64,000 bases of DNA from a virus, in the IMG/VR virus record IMGVR_UViG_3300025889_000073, positions 1-64,000 of that record; one strand, written 5' to 3'. A model generated the notes under the pieces. That model worked only from the letters and a program-made list of their open reading frames with translations. It made no database searches and had not been told where the DNA came from. This document shows positions 19,244-29,803 of this stretch, one piece after another (position 1 is the stretch's first letter; each line of letters opens with the position of its first letter). The translations under genes and the position numbers were made by a program.

Positions 19244-19589
19244 TGGTTGTGCTTCTATTTGGCCATTTGGTGATAAAACACCAGAGGTCAAACAAATAGA
19301 AATACAAAAGAAAGAGGTTGCAAGAACACCTTTAAATTTAAGTGACCCAAAACCAATCAAGGCGAGAGAACTTAAATGGGTTATTATCACACCTGAAAAT
19401 GCTGAAGCAGTATGGGCAAAATTAAAAGAATCAAATACAGATTTGGTTTTGATTGCTCTGACTGATGATGGTTATCAAGAACTTGCTATGACAATGGCTG
19501 AGATAAGAAATTTAATATCATCACAAAGAACAGTAATAATCAAATATAAGGAATACTATGAACCGCCTAAAACTCCTGATACTAAGTAG
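19167..19589 (+). CDS. o-spanin (Rz1-like lipoprotein)
   Basis: Lipobox LISGC; overlaps the i-spanin 3' end. Confidence 0.7.
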   Translation: MLKHLWRPIVNVLRLSTLTLSLSLISGCASIWPFGDKTPEVKQIEIQKKEVARTPLNLSDPKPIKARELKWVIITPENAEAVWAKLKESNTDLVLIALTDDGYQELAMTMAEIRNLISSQRTVIIKYKEYYEPPKTPDTK

Positions 19590-19983
19590 TGCATTTTTAA
19601 CCCTGTCTGGATGTGGTACATTACAAGATATGTACGATGCCTATTTTATGGCAGGTTATGATAATAATGAGTATGCATTAGTGAATCAAATCAGAACCGA
19701 ATCAGAATTAAATATAAATAAGTGTACTGATGATTTATTGGCAAGAACTGTTTTTGTTGATTTGTACGATAAATCTGTTGAACTGAAAAACTTTTCACAA
19801 TATGTTCCTGATAATGAAGATGCATTTAAACTTGCATCAGGTCTAGTAGAATTATCCAAACAAGGAAAAGATGCTTACGATAAAGGTGACAAAGTTAGTC
19901 CCACATTCTGTAAGTTGAAATTAAAATCTATTAACAGAGCTTCTGAAAAGGCTCAAGAAGTTATTGGGAAGAAACCAAGATGA
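19558..19983 (+). CDS. Lipoprotein
   Basis: Signal peptide with lipobox LSGC. Confidence 0.65.
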   Translation: MNRLKLLILSSAFLTLSGCGTLQDMYDAYFMAGYDNNEYALVNQIRTESELNINKCTDDLLARTVFVDLYDKSVELKNFSQYVPDNEDAFKLASGLVELSKQGKDAYDKGDKVSPTFCKLKLKSINRASEKAQEVIGKKPR

Positions 19984-20186
19984 ACATCAATCAAGTCGAA
20001 GCAGAATTTTCGGAAATCCAATCGGCATACGAAAACAGAGAAATCTCTAAAGAAGAATATTTAAATCTACTACAAGGTTTAGAAGTTGAACAGGCAATTG
20101 CCGAAGACGCTGAAGAACTAAGTCGCAAAGAAAATTTAAATACTATGATAAATGCTGCAATCACAACGGTGTCTATGTTAGGATAA
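19980..20186 (+). CDS. Hypothetical protein
   Basis: 68 aa; ATGA-coupled to upstream gene. Confidence 0.5.
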   Translation: MNINQVEAEFSEIQSAYENREISKEEYLNLLQGLEVEQAIAEDAEELSRKENLNTMINAAITTVSMLG

Positions 20187-20195
20187 TGAATTCAA

Positions 20196-20552
20196 ATGGA
20201 CACACCAGAAAGAATAGCTAAATTGGAAGCACAAGTCGAATCAATCAAAGATGATGTTGTTGAATTGAGGTCTGATGTAAAAGACCTACATTCACGCATC
20301 ACAACTGGTAATCGTGAGATTATGGATAAGATTGATTCCGTTTCACAATCTTTAGAGACAAAGATGAGACAGAATCAAGAAACATCTACACAACAACACG
20401 AACTTATCGAACAAGAAGTAAAAAAAGATATTAATACATTGTATGATAAATTATCCTCGTTGGAAAAATGGAAATGGATGGTAATTGGCGGCGCCATTGT
20501 TGTCGGTTACATTTTAGGTAATATTGATATAACAAAATTGTTTGGCAATTAA
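20196..20552 (+). CDS. Coiled-coil protein with C-terminal TM helix
   Basis: Heptad pattern; KWKWMVIGGAIVVGYIL. Confidence 0.6.
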   Translation: MDTPERIAKLEAQVESIKDDVVELRSDVKDLHSRITTGNREIMDKIDSVSQSLETKMRQNQETSTQQHELIEQEVKKDINTLYDKLSSLEKWKWMVIGGAIVVGYILGNIDITKLFGN

Positions 20553-20600
20553 ATTAACTCCTATTGACACCACAACTGTGGTGTGTTATATTATGGTTCT

Positions 20601-21626
20601 ATGTTATCAGTTGATTCAAAGTATATAAGGTTACTTTCTTCTCGCTTGCGAAACTTCAAGCAGAAGAATAATTACCTATGGAATTTCTCCTGCCCGTATT
20701 GTGGCGATTCCCAAAAGAATAAAACAAAGGCAAGAGGATATGTTTTTCAAAAAGGCACCGATTTGTTCTATCGTTGCCATAACTGTGGAGTGAGTACAAA
20801 TGCAGGTAACCTCATTAAACAAGTTGACGGTGCATTACACAAGGAGTATGTTCTCGAGCGGTACACTTCCGGTAAATCCAATAACGCCCGTACCGCCAAT
20901 ACAATCCTCAACATATCGCCACCGAGATTTGATAAGGTTGCAAAACAGAAATTCTTTGAACACGGAGAATTCGTCAACAATTTACCGAGTGGACATTTTT
21001 GTTTAGATTATTTGGCAAAACGTAAAATACCAGAAAAGTTTTACGATAAATTATTATTCACACAACACTACAAACAATTCTGTGATGCCCTAATACCCAA
21101 TCATGGCAAAATAATAATCGATGATGCAAGGCTTGTAATACCATTTTACAATGAGTATAATGAGTTGGTTGCTGTCTCAGGTCGTGCCCTAGAGACAGGA
21201 GACAAGACCTTGAGATATGTTACAATACGAACTAACGAATCTGATAGTAAACTTGTTTATGGTTTAGACAGAATAGATAAGAAGAAAACCGTAAAGATTA
21301 TAGAAGGACCATTGGATTCATTGTTTATAAGTAACTGTGTAGCAAGTGGTGATGCAAATCTAACAATTACGGCAAAAAATATTGATTGTGAAAAAATATT
21401 AATTTTTGATAATGAACCTCGAAATAAAGAGATTGTGAAGATGATGCAGGATGCAATCAAATTAGATTATAATGTTGTCATTTGGCCAGATACCGTAATT
21501 GGTAAAGATATAAATGAGATGGTGATGAACGGCCTATCACCTGATGAAATTGAAAAAATTATAAGTATTAACACCTCTAAAGGTTTGCAAGCTCAAACCA
21601 AATTTGTTTTTTGGAAAAAAGTATGA
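20601..21626 (+). CDS. DNA primase (T4 gp61-like)
   Basis: Zn finger CPYCGDS...CHNC; TOPRIM EGPLDS, FDNEPRN, KDINEM; TTGACA-17-TATATT promoter at 20564-20592. Confidence 0.93.
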   Translation: MLSVDSKYIRLLSSRLRNFKQKNNYLWNFSCPYCGDSQKNKTKARGYVFQKGTDLFYRCHNCGVSTNAGNLIKQVDGALHKEYVLERYTSGKSNNARTANTILNISPPRFDKVAKQKFFEHGEFVNNLPSGHFCLDYLAKRKIPEKFYDKLLFTQHYKQFCDALIPNHGKIIIDDARLVIPFYNEYNELVAVSGRALETGDKTLRYVTIRTNESDSKLVYGLDRIDKKKTVKIIEGPLDSLFISNCVASGDANLTITAKNIDCEKILIFDNEPRNKEIVKMMQDAIKLDYNVVIWPDTVIGKDINEMVMNGLSPDEIEKIISINTSKGLQAQTKFVFWKKV

Positions 21627-22318
21627 AAATAAAATTGATTAGTTATTCACAACACGCTGTTGATCCGTCAATCGGCCTCGATATTGAGTTGGACTTGATG
21701 AATATGCAGGATTTGATTGCGTATTGTGCTAGAGTTTCAAATCCATCCAATCAATCAAACACAGAAACTTCCGAGAAATTAATTCGTTACTTAATCAACA
21801 ATCAACATTGGTCACCACTTGAAATGGTGAGCGCTTGCTTGGAAATTGAAACGACTAGAGATATTGCTAGACAGATGTTACGCCACAGGTCATTCTCGTT
21901 TCAGGAATTCAGTCAGAGGTATGCAGACCCGACCAAAGATTTGGATTTTGTGATTAGAGAAGCAAGACTACAAGATAAAACAAACAGACAAAACTCTGTT
22001 CAAATTGATATGAATAATGATGAGCATCGATATATCGCTGTTGGGTGGGAAGAAATGCAGAAACGTGCTATCAATGAAGCACGCAACGCCTACGATTGGG
22101 CAATTGCTAAAGGTATTGCCAAAGAACAAGCTCGAGCTGTATTGCCTGAAGGGAATACAGTTTCTCGCCTCTACATGAACGGCACCTTGCGTTCGTGGAT
22201 TCACTATATACAACTCCGTTCTTCTAATGGAACACAGAAAGAGCACATGGACGTGGCCAAAGCGTGTGCTGAAGTAATATCAAAAGTGTTCCCTATGTCT
22301 AAAGAGTTTGTAGAATAA
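21623..22318 (+). CDS. thyX: Flavin-dependent thymidylate synthase
   Basis: RHRSFSFQEFSQRY ThyX motif; HWSPLE. Confidence 0.95.
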   Translation: MKIKLISYSQHAVDPSIGLDIELDLMNMQDLIAYCARVSNPSNQSNTETSEKLIRYLINNQHWSPLEMVSACLEIETTRDIARQMLRHRSFSFQEFSQRYADPTKDLDFVIREARLQDKTNRQNSVQIDMNNDEHRYIAVGWEEMQKRAINEARNAYDWAIAKGIAKEQARAVLPEGNTVSRLYMNGTLRSWIHYIQLRSSNGTQKEHMDVAKACAEVISKVFPMSKEFVE

Positions 22319-22336
22319 TAATAAATGGAGTAATTA

Positions 22337-24145
22337 ATGGAAGAAATTGTACATGGTATCAAGGTAGACTATAATCGGGACACATTGTTTGATAAATTAG
22401 GACTGACAAGACTAAAAGAAAGTTACATGAAAGATGATGAAGTTTCACCACAAGAAAGATTTGCCTTTGTTTCAAGCTCGTTTGGTTCCACTCCGGAACA
22501 CGCCCAACGACTTTACGAATACAGTAGTAAACATTGGCTTAGTTATTCCACTCCTATCCTTAGTTACGGTCGTAGCAAGCGTGGGTTGCCTATATCTTGC
22601 TTCCTCCCGTATCTCGACGATTCTGCGGAAGGATTAGTTGATACTTTATCAGAAGTAAATTGGCTTTCAATGTTGGGAGGAGGTGTTGGAATTGGAATCG
22701 GTATTAGATCTGCTGATGATAAGTCTGTGGGGGTCATGCCTCACCTTAGGACTTACGATGCTAGTTCGCTTGCTTACAGACAGGGACGTACTCGTAGAGG
22801 TAGTTATGCTTGTTATCTTGATATCAGCCACCCTGACATACTCATATTTTTGGAAATGCGAAAGCCAACCGGCGACCAAAATATGCGTTGTCTAAACTTG
22901 CATCATGGAATTAATATTACTGATGATTTTATGAATTTAATTGAAAGGTGTATGATTGATAAAGATGCAGATGACACATGGGAACTAAAAGACCCGCACA
23001 CAGGTGAGGTGCGTGACAGCGTGCCTGCTAGAGAATTGTGGCAACGTATCTTAGAGATTCGTATGCAAACCGGCGAACCTTATTTACATTTCATTGACAC
23101 CAGTAATCGTGCAATGCCTGAGTTTCAAAAGAAATTAGGACTAAGCATCAAACAATCGAACTTGTGTTCTGAAATTATTTTACCTACAGACAAGAAGCGT
23201 ACTGCTGTTTGCTGTCTTTCATCCGTTAACTTGGAGTATTTTGATGAATGGTCTAAAGAGAAACTTTTTCTTAGAGATGTTGCTGAAATGCTTGACAATG
23301 TTCTTCAGCATTTTATTGATAATGCTCCTTCTGCTGTTAAGCGTGCCGTATATTCTGCTCGTAATGAACGCAGCATTGGTATCGGTGCTCTTGGATTCCA
23401 CGCATACTTACAAAAACAAAACCTGCCATGGGAATCAGCACAAGCAACAGGTTTAAACATAAAAATGTTCAAACATATAAGGGAGAATTTAGATGTCGCA
23501 AACAAGGAACTCGGTGCTGAGAGAGGTGAAGCACTCGATGCAGTCGGCACTGGTCTTAGGTTTAGTCATGTTATGGCAATTGCTCCCAATGCTTCTTCTT
23601 CCATCCTTATGGGCAATACCTCTCCTAGTATTGAACCTTATCGTGCTAATGCTTATCGCCAAGATACATTATCAGGAGCATATCTTAATAAAAACCGATA
23701 CTTAGATAAAATTATAAAGGAAAAATGTGATGGTGACACTAAGTTGGACTATAACGAAATCTGGTCAAGTATTATCGCAAACGATGGAAGCGTTCAACAT
23801 CTTGAATTCTTGGACCAATGGACCAAAGATGTATTTAAAACATCCATGGAAATTGACCAAAGATGGATTGTTGACCATGCAGCTCACAGGCAACAATATA
23901 TCGACCAAGCACAATCGGTCAACCTATTCTTTAGGCCTGATGTAAACATTCTATTGCTCCATGCCGTACACTTTCAGGCATGGAAACAAGGCCTCAAAAC
24001 ACTTTACTACTGCCGTTCAGAAAAACTAGCAAAGGCTGATAAAGTTGCTAAAAAAATTGAACGTGAAGTGATTAAAGAAATTGATTTGTCAGCACTAACC
24101 AATCTATCGGAAGGTGAAGAAATTTGTCTTGCTTGTGAAGGTTGA
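22337..24145 (+). CDS. nrdA: Ribonucleotide reductase class Ia alpha subunit (no ATP cone)
   Basis: PISC, SNLCSEI, APNASSS, KTLYY, C-terminal CLACEG. Confidence 0.96.
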   Translation: MEEIVHGIKVDYNRDTLFDKLGLTRLKESYMKDDEVSPQERFAFVSSSFGSTPEHAQRLYEYSSKHWLSYSTPILSYGRSKRGLPISCFLPYLDDSAEGLVDTLSEVNWLSMLGGGVGIGIGIRSADDKSVGVMPHLRTYDASSLAYRQGRTRRGSYACYLDISHPDILIFLEMRKPTGDQNMRCLNLHHGINITDDFMNLIERCMIDKDADDTWELKDPHTGEVRDSVPARELWQRILEIRMQTGEPYLHFIDTSNRAMPEFQKKLGLSIKQSNLCSEIILPTDKKRTAVCCLSSVNLEYFDEWSKEKLFLRDVAEMLDNVLQHFIDNAPSAVKRAVYSARNERSIGIGALGFHAYLQKQNLPWESAQATGLNIKMFKHIRENLDVANKELGAERGEALDAVGTGLRFSHVMAIAPNASSSILMGNTSPSIEPYRANAYRQDTLSGAYLNKNRYLDKIIKEKCDGDTKLDYNEIWSSIIANDGSVQHLEFLDQWTKDVFKTSMEIDQRWIVDHAAHRQQYIDQAQSVNLFFRPDVNILLLHAVHFQAWKQGLKTLYYCRSEKLAKADKVAKKIEREVIKEIDLSALTNLSEGEEICLACEG

Positions 24146-24972
24146 TTATGATTGAAAAATTAAATATGAAGGTCAATGCGACCGAGTTGAGAACTACAAT
24201 ACCAAAATTGAAAGAGATTGGACCTATGGTTTTTCAAGGTTCCGAATTTGGTTACAAAAATTTTGGTGGTTGGAATCTACAAAGTAGAACGGGTGATTAC
24301 AAAGATGGTTTTCAAGTAGGTGTTGAAAAGTGTTGGAGAAATGGAAAATTTGACTATAGACTTGCTAAATTCTTAAACTATTCTCACGCTTTCGAACACA
24401 ACAATAAAACTCAAGCTTGTTTAAAACCTTACGCCACAATACTAAATTTTTTAGAATCGGAAGGTTTTTATCCAAGAAGAGCTAGAGTTACCTGTTTAAA
24501 AGCAGGTTCTAATAGCATCATACACAGAGATGCGCCTGATGATGTTTATATGTGTAGAATACATATACCTATCATAACAAACGACCAATGTTATCATTGG
24601 ATGGATTATAAAGGTGACCAAAAATATTTTCATATGCCAGCTGACGGAAGTGTTTTCATCTTACCTGTAAATGTGATGCATCGAATTACGAATCAATCCA
24701 AACACGACAGATATCATATGATTGTTGACGTTTATGATACGAAAAAGGTCACGAAAAATTTTAAGTATGATGGTGATATAAATTTTTTAATAAATGAAGC
24801 CAAAGAATATAGGAAAATAATTGATTCAACACCATTACCATGGTATTGGAAAATTGTTTATTCGATTGGTAGACAAATTGTTGTAACCAAATTTAAAATG
24901 GAACAAAAAATGATTCATGCTTCTTATAAACTAAATTCTACAAAATTTGTTCGTTCTACAATATCAAAATGA
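24142..24972 (+). CDS. 2OG-Fe(II) oxygenase, aspartyl/asparaginyl beta-hydroxylase (AspH/LpxO-like) family
   Basis: HRD...RIHIPIITN...H.ITN...RYHMIVD facial-triad pattern. Confidence 0.7.
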   Translation: MIMIEKLNMKVNATELRTTIPKLKEIGPMVFQGSEFGYKNFGGWNLQSRTGDYKDGFQVGVEKCWRNGKFDYRLAKFLNYSHAFEHNNKTQACLKPYATILNFLESEGFYPRRARVTCLKAGSNSIIHRDAPDDVYMCRIHIPIITNDQCYHWMDYKGDQKYFHMPADGSVFILPVNVMHRITNQSKHDRYHMIVDVYDTKKVTKNFKYDGDINFLINEAKEYRKIIDSTPLPWYWKIVYSIGRQIVVTKFKMEQKMIHASYKLNSTKFVRSTISK

Positions 24973-25760
24973 ATATAAGAAATAATTCATTTGTAAAAAC
25001 ATATATCACATCAACATATACAGTATCACAAGTTGTGATAATGACACAACTAATGTTGTCGTTCATTGGTATAATTTATATTGCAACAAATTTTTCTTGG
25101 GCGTATGTCGGATTGTGTTTTTTTTGGTACGCTGCTTTATTGTGGTGGTCACATCATATAGGATTACATAGATATTTTTCACACAATTCTTTTAATGTGA
25201 ATAAATTTTGGCATATTGTATTGTGTTACACCAGTTGTTTAATTTCTTTTGGTTCTCCATTTTCATATTCTCTAATGCACAGAGCGCACCATAAACATTC
25301 AGATACAGATAAAGATACTCATGCTCCTACGAAGATTGGATTTTTAAGAGTCATGTTTTTCAATTGGAAATTGGAAAATGTTAATCTAATGGACAGAAAT
25401 AAAAAAATAGATAACTGGGCAATCAATGCTCACACCTTCTATACACTAATTATTTTGTTGTTTTATGCACTACTACATACAATTGACACAGGACTTGCTT
25501 TCACTTATAATATAGGTGTTACGGTAGCATTATTTGGTGTTGCTTATGTTAATGTATTTTCTCACATCAAAAATCCTTTAAACTATAGGAATTTTGATAC
25601 TGACGATTTATCATCTAATAATTTATTTGTTGGTATGGTGGGTGGTGAATGGCACAACAACCATCACAATAATCCTCAAAAATGGAATCAAAGAGTTAAG
25701 TGGTGGGAATTAGATATACCTGCTCAAATTATAAAATTAATTAAAAAGGAACAACAATGA
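24969..25760 (+). CDS. Membrane fatty-acid desaturase (delta-9 / DesC-like)
   Basis: His boxes HRYFSH, HRAHH, HNNHH; TM helices; WWELD. Confidence 0.9.
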   Translation: MNIRNNSFVKTYITSTYTVSQVVIMTQLMLSFIGIIYIATNFSWAYVGLCFFWYAALLWWSHHIGLHRYFSHNSFNVNKFWHIVLCYTSCLISFGSPFSYSLMHRAHHKHSDTDKDTHAPTKIGFLRVMFFNWKLENVNLMDRNKKIDNWAINAHTFYTLIILLFYALLHTIDTGLAFTYNIGVTVALFGVAYVNVFSHIKNPLNYRNFDTDDLSSNNLFVGMVGGEWHNNHHNNPQKWNQRVKWWELDIPAQIIKLIKKEQQ

Positions 25761-26008
25761 AGTTAATAAAATTTTATGCTGATTGGTGTCAGCCATGTAA
25801 AATGTTATCCAAAGTTATGAAAAACATTGAATTTCCATATCCAGTAGAAGAAGTAAATATTGACAAAGATAATGAAACAACTATGAATTATGGAATTCGT
25901 AGTGTTCCTGCATTATTATTGATTGATGAAAATAATAATATTGTTAAGAGAATGAGTGGTTACATGGACGCAAATAAATTAAAACAAGAACTAGGATTGG
26001 ACAACTAA
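25757..26008 (+). CDS. Thioredoxin
   Basis: FYADWCQPCK, IRSVP. Confidence 0.92.
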   Translation: MKLIKFYADWCQPCKMLSKVMKNIEFPYPVEEVNIDKDNETTMNYGIRSVPALLLIDENNNIVKRMSGYMDANKLKQELGLDN

Positions 26009-26009
26009 A

Positions 26010-26999
26010 ATGGTAAAAAATAAATCTGACATTACATCTGAAAGAGATGCGTTTAAACCATTTCATTATCCATGGGCATATGAGGCGTGGTTAAAACACG
26101 AACAAGCCCATTGGTTACATAGTGAAGTGCCTATGCTTGAAGATGTAAAAGACTGGAAGAATAAACTAACAAAAGAACAAAAACAATTCCTGACACACAT
26201 CTTCCGTTTCTTTACACAAGGTGATATTGATGTTGCAGGTGGTTATGTAAAGAACTATCTGCCTTACTTTGCACAACCAGAAGTTCGTATGATGCTTCTT
26301 GGCTTTGCTGCAAGAGAGGCATTACACATCGCTGCATACTCACATCTTATTGAAACTCTTGGTCTGCCAGATACCACATACAATCAATTCTTGGAGTATC
26401 AACAGATGCGTGATAAACACGATTATGTGAAGGAGTTGTCATCACAGAATTCTACAAAAGAAAATACAGCCAAACATATTGCTGTGTTCTCGGCATTTAC
26501 TGAAGGTATGCAGTTGTTCTCATCATTCATTATGTTACTGAACTTCCCACGACATGGAATGATGAAAGGTATGGGACAGATTGTTACATGGTCTATTGTT
26601 GATGAAACCATGCACACAGAAAACATGATTAAGTTGTTTAGGACTTATATACAAGAGAACAATGAGATTTGGAATGATGAACTCAAATCTGAAATCTATG
26701 TTGTTGCTGAGAAGATGGTTGAACTAGAAGATAAATTTATTGACCTTGCTTTTGAAATGGGTGAAATGCCAAACCTAACATCAGAAGAAGTGAAACGATA
26801 TATTCGATATATTGCTGACCGTAGATTAATTTCTATGGGTATGAAAGGCATATTTAAGGTTAAGAAGAATCCTTTGCCATGGGTTGAAGAAATGATTAAT
26901 GCGCCAATTCACGGTAACTTCTTTGAGAATCGTGTTACTGATTACGCTAAAGGTGCATTAAAAGGTTCATGGGAAGATGTATGGGGGAAAGCAGCATGA
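26010..26999 (+). CDS. nrdB: Ribonucleotide reductase class Ia beta subunit
   Basis: [38 protein letters not shown]. Confidence 0.96.
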   Translation: MVKNKSDITSERDAFKPFHYPWAYEAWLKHEQAHWLHSEVPMLEDVKDWKNKLTKEQKQFLTHIFRFFTQGDIDVAGGYVKNYLPYFAQPEVRMMLLGFAAREALHIAAYSHLIETLGLPDTTYNQFLEYQQMRDKHDYVKELSSQNSTKENTAKHIAVFSAFTEGMQLFSSFIMLLNFPRHGMMKGMGQIVTWSIVDETMHTENMIKLFRTYIQENNEIWNDELKSEIYVVAEKMVELEDKFIDLAFEMGEMPNLTSEEVKRYIRYIADRRLISMGMKGIFKVKKNPLPWVEEMINAPIHGNFFENRVTDYAKGALKGSWEDVWGKAA

Positions 27000-28201
27000 A
27001 GAAAAGAGATTACACACAAGAAACAGTTAATAAGTTAAGAGGTAGTATACAGATTGAACATACTTTGGCCAAACATGGCGCCAGACACCTTAGAGAATTG
27101 CTGCAACGTGAACCTTACATTAATACACTTGGTGCATACAATGGCCAGCAGGCAGTACAACACGCAAAGGCAGGCCTGAAAGCAATTTATCTATCTGGTT
27201 GGCAAGTTGCTGCAGCACAAAACTCAGCACTACAAACTTATCCCGACCAATCATTGTATCCAGTTGATTCTGTACCTAAGGTTGTAAAGGCTATCAATAA
27301 TGCATTACGCCGTGCTGACCAAATTGAATGGTCTGAAGGTAAATTGTCAACATATTATTATTTGCCTATTGTCGCCGATGCTGAAGCAGGTTTTGGTGGT
27401 GCATTGAATGTCTATGAACTGATGATGGCCATGATTGAAGCAGGCGCATCTGGCGTACACTTTGAAGACCAATTGTCGAGTGAAAAGAAATGTGGCCATT
27501 TGGGTGGTAAGGTCCTTGTACCTACAAGTCAAATGATTCGAACACTTAATGCTGCACGTTTGGCTGCTGACGTAGCGGGTGTTGATACTGTTATTATGGC
27601 TCGTACTGATGCGGAAGCAGCGACACTTATTACCAGTAACCACGACCCATTAGACAAGGATTTTATCATCGATGAAAGGACTGAAGAAGGTTTTTACAAA
27701 TTTAAAAATGGCATTGATGCTTGTATTAGCAGAGGTCTTGCTTTTGCCCCTTACGCTGATCTCTTATGGTTTGAAACTAGCACACCTGATCTGGCACAAG
27801 CTAAAAAATTCGCCAATGCTATACACGCTAAGTTTCCAGACCAAATGCTTGCTTACAATTGCAGTCCTAGTTTTAATTGGCGCAAGTTTTTATCTATAGA
27901 TGAGTGTGAAACATTCCAACGTGAATTAGGAGAGCTTGGTTATAAGTTCCAGTTCATTACACTAGCAGGTTTTCATAATGTTAATCTTGCCACATTTGAA
28001 CTAGCAGAAGCATACAAACAACGTGGAATGGCAGGTTATGCTGAGATGCAAGAACGTGAGTTTGCAGCACAAGAACGTGGTTTCACTACAGTTAAACATC
28101 AACGTGAAGTTGGTGTTGGTTACTTTGACATTATTAGCGAGGCAGTTGGTGCCAAATCTACAGTAGCAAATAAAACATCAACTGAAGCGGAACAGTTTTA
28201 A
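26996..28201 (+). CDS. aceA: Isocitrate lyase
   Basis: Catalytic KKCGH signature, [34 protein letters not shown]; ATGA overlap with nrdB. Confidence 0.95.
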   Translation: MKKRDYTQETVNKLRGSIQIEHTLAKHGARHLRELLQREPYINTLGAYNGQQAVQHAKAGLKAIYLSGWQVAAAQNSALQTYPDQSLYPVDSVPKVVKAINNALRRADQIEWSEGKLSTYYYLPIVADAEAGFGGALNVYELMMAMIEAGASGVHFEDQLSSEKKCGHLGGKVLVPTSQMIRTLNAARLAADVAGVDTVIMARTDAEAATLITSNHDPLDKDFIIDERTEEGFYKFKNGIDACISRGLAFAPYADLLWFETSTPDLAQAKKFANAIHAKFPDQMLAYNCSPSFNWRKFLSIDECETFQRELGELGYKFQFITLAGFHNVNLATFELAEAYKQRGMAGYAEMQEREFAAQERGFTTVKHQREVGVGYFDIISEAVGAKSTVANKTSTEAEQF

Positions 28202-28212
28202 TGGGAGATACT

Positions 28213-28368
28213 ATGAACACACTACACCACATATGTGATAACTGTAATTCAGAATTTCTCATAAAGTACCACGATGAAAGTGTTGAGGATACTCCCAGTT
28301 ATTGTCCATTTTGTGCTGAATATATAATTGATATAGACGACATTGAAATGGAAGAAGATGATGAATGA
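28213..28368 (+). CDS. Small Zn-ribbon protein (not in ORF track)
   Basis: CDNC...CPFC and acidic tail; GGGAG SD. Confidence 0.65.
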   Translation: MNTLHHICDNCNSEFLIKYHDESVEDTPSYCPFCAEYIIDIDDIEMEEDDE

Positions 28369-28796
28369 GTTGGACGTATAAGGGACAAGACTTCACAGAA
28401 GATATGATTGGTGATGCATATGGTTATGTCTATTGTATCACCAATCTACAAAATGGTAAAAAATACATCGGAAAGAAGTTTTTTACTAAATCTGGACAAA
28501 AACAAAAAAATGGTAAGCGTAGGAGAGTTCGGAAGAAATCGGACTGGCTGACCTACTGGGGCAGTAATAAACGCCTCCAAGAAGATTTTCGCAATATTGG
28601 TGAAGATAATTTTAAGAGAGAGATTTTACACCTCTGTAAGACACGTTCCGAGTGTTCCTATCTAGAGCTCAAAGAACAAATGGACAATAGAGTATTAGAA
28701 TCCGATAAATGGTATAATGATTGGATTATGGTCAGAGTAAGGAAGGACCATATTTTATCTAAAGGCAGCACCAATACTTATAATGAAAATAAGTGA
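28365..28796 (+). CDS. GIY-YIG nuclease
   Basis: GYVYCITN...KYIGKK, YWGS, E..EQ, WYN. Confidence 0.8.
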   Translation: MSWTYKGQDFTEDMIGDAYGYVYCITNLQNGKKYIGKKFFTKSGQKQKNGKRRRVRKKSDWLTYWGSNKRLQEDFRNIGEDNFKREILHLCKTRSECSYLELKEQMDNRVLESDKWYNDWIMVRVRKDHILSKGSTNTYNENK

Positions 28797-28962
28797 AATC
28801 TACGGCAATTTTAAAAGATTGCCATTTAGTAATTAGAACAACAACTCTAAAAACAGGTAAATATTAGTGAAAACACTAATATTTTGATGTTGCGGTGCAT
28901 AAATAAATGTGTGACGCCGTAAGGGTCACATCATTTTAACCTCGCTTAATAGGAGAATTACC

Positions 28963-29205
28963 ATGCTATACGCTTATAACCAATTAGTTGACCTTGTTCA
29001 AAACGCTAAAACCGATTTCATCAAATCATATATCACCAACGAAGAATTTAGTAAGCCTGCTCAAACTTATGTTGATGCTCAAACAAAATTTGCCAAAGCA
29101 GTTGGCCAAAATGTTTGGGACTTTGCCTCAGTAATGGGCACATCGATGTACAATTTTAACCCAGCTAATGCTTTTACTAAGCCTGCGAAAGCGAGCGCAA
29201 AGTAA
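28963..29205 (+). CDS. Small amphipathic helical protein, phasin-like
   Basis: VDLVQNAK...YVDAQTKFAK; AGGAG SD; structured leader upstream. Confidence 0.45.
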   Translation: MLYAYNQLVDLVQNAKTDFIKSYITNEEFSKPAQTYVDAQTKFAKAVGQNVWDFASVMGTSMYNFNPANAFTKPAKASAK

Positions 29206-29500
29206 ATGGCCAAAAAAGTTAAGAGGGTATTTAAAAGTGTGTATTGTTTCTTTGAAGATATTGGGTACTCTAAAGCAATAACAACAATGAATCGCTACGG
29301 TTTATATAAAGAAGCAAAAAATCTTATGCAATATAGAAAGGACCGTTATGAAAGACCTTTTTAAGAAGATTTTTAAACTAAACACTAAGCCATATCATTC
29401 AGAGTTGGAGTCTTTTATCAATTCAAAAAAACCACAAACAAATTTTGATGTGGAATATTGGTCAAGACTTTTTGAAAGAAAATACTACCACAACCAATAG
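29206..29500 (+). CDS. Two small overlapping ORFs, 29206-29364 and 29348-29500 (not in ORF track)
   Basis: MAKKVKRVF... (52 aa) and MKDLFKKIF...ELESFINSKKP..DVEYW (50 aa); followed by a terminator. Confidence 0.5.
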
Positions 29501-29504
29501 TATA

Positions 29505-29533
29505 GAGGGGGATTTAATCCCCCTCAATTTTTT
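29505..29533 (+). terminator. Rho-independent terminator
   Basis: GAGGGGGATT/AATCCCCCTC stem followed by a T-tract. Confidence 0.8.
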
Positions 29534-29551
29534 CCAAGCATACATAATAGT

Positions 29552-29803
29552 ATGCGTATCAATCAACCACCATCCAAGAACTTTTTACAATATGCTTCAC
29601 GGCTGAAGATTTGGCAGCCTGTTGTTCGGGATGGTTGGGTCATAAAGTTTTCTCAATATAGAGATATGTTTTTATTATTGACCATTGTTTCACAACATAC
29701 AGGTCAAACAATACTCCGATATTTCAACAATGAAGATGAGGCTTGCGCTTTCATCAATATGGTGTTATGTTTGGATGCATTTGATTACCAAGAAATGCTC
29801 TAA
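29552..29803 (+). CDS. Hypothetical protein
   Basis: 83 aa ORF. Confidence 0.5.
   Translation: MRINQPPSKNFLQYASRLKIWQPVVRDGWVIKFSQYRDMFLLLTIVSQHTGQTILRYFNNEDEACAFINMVLCLDAFDYQEML

Noticed and set aside
22337-26999. Introns or inteins in nrdA/nrdB
   Set aside because: Both ORFs are continuous and of normal length; the inserted genes lie between them
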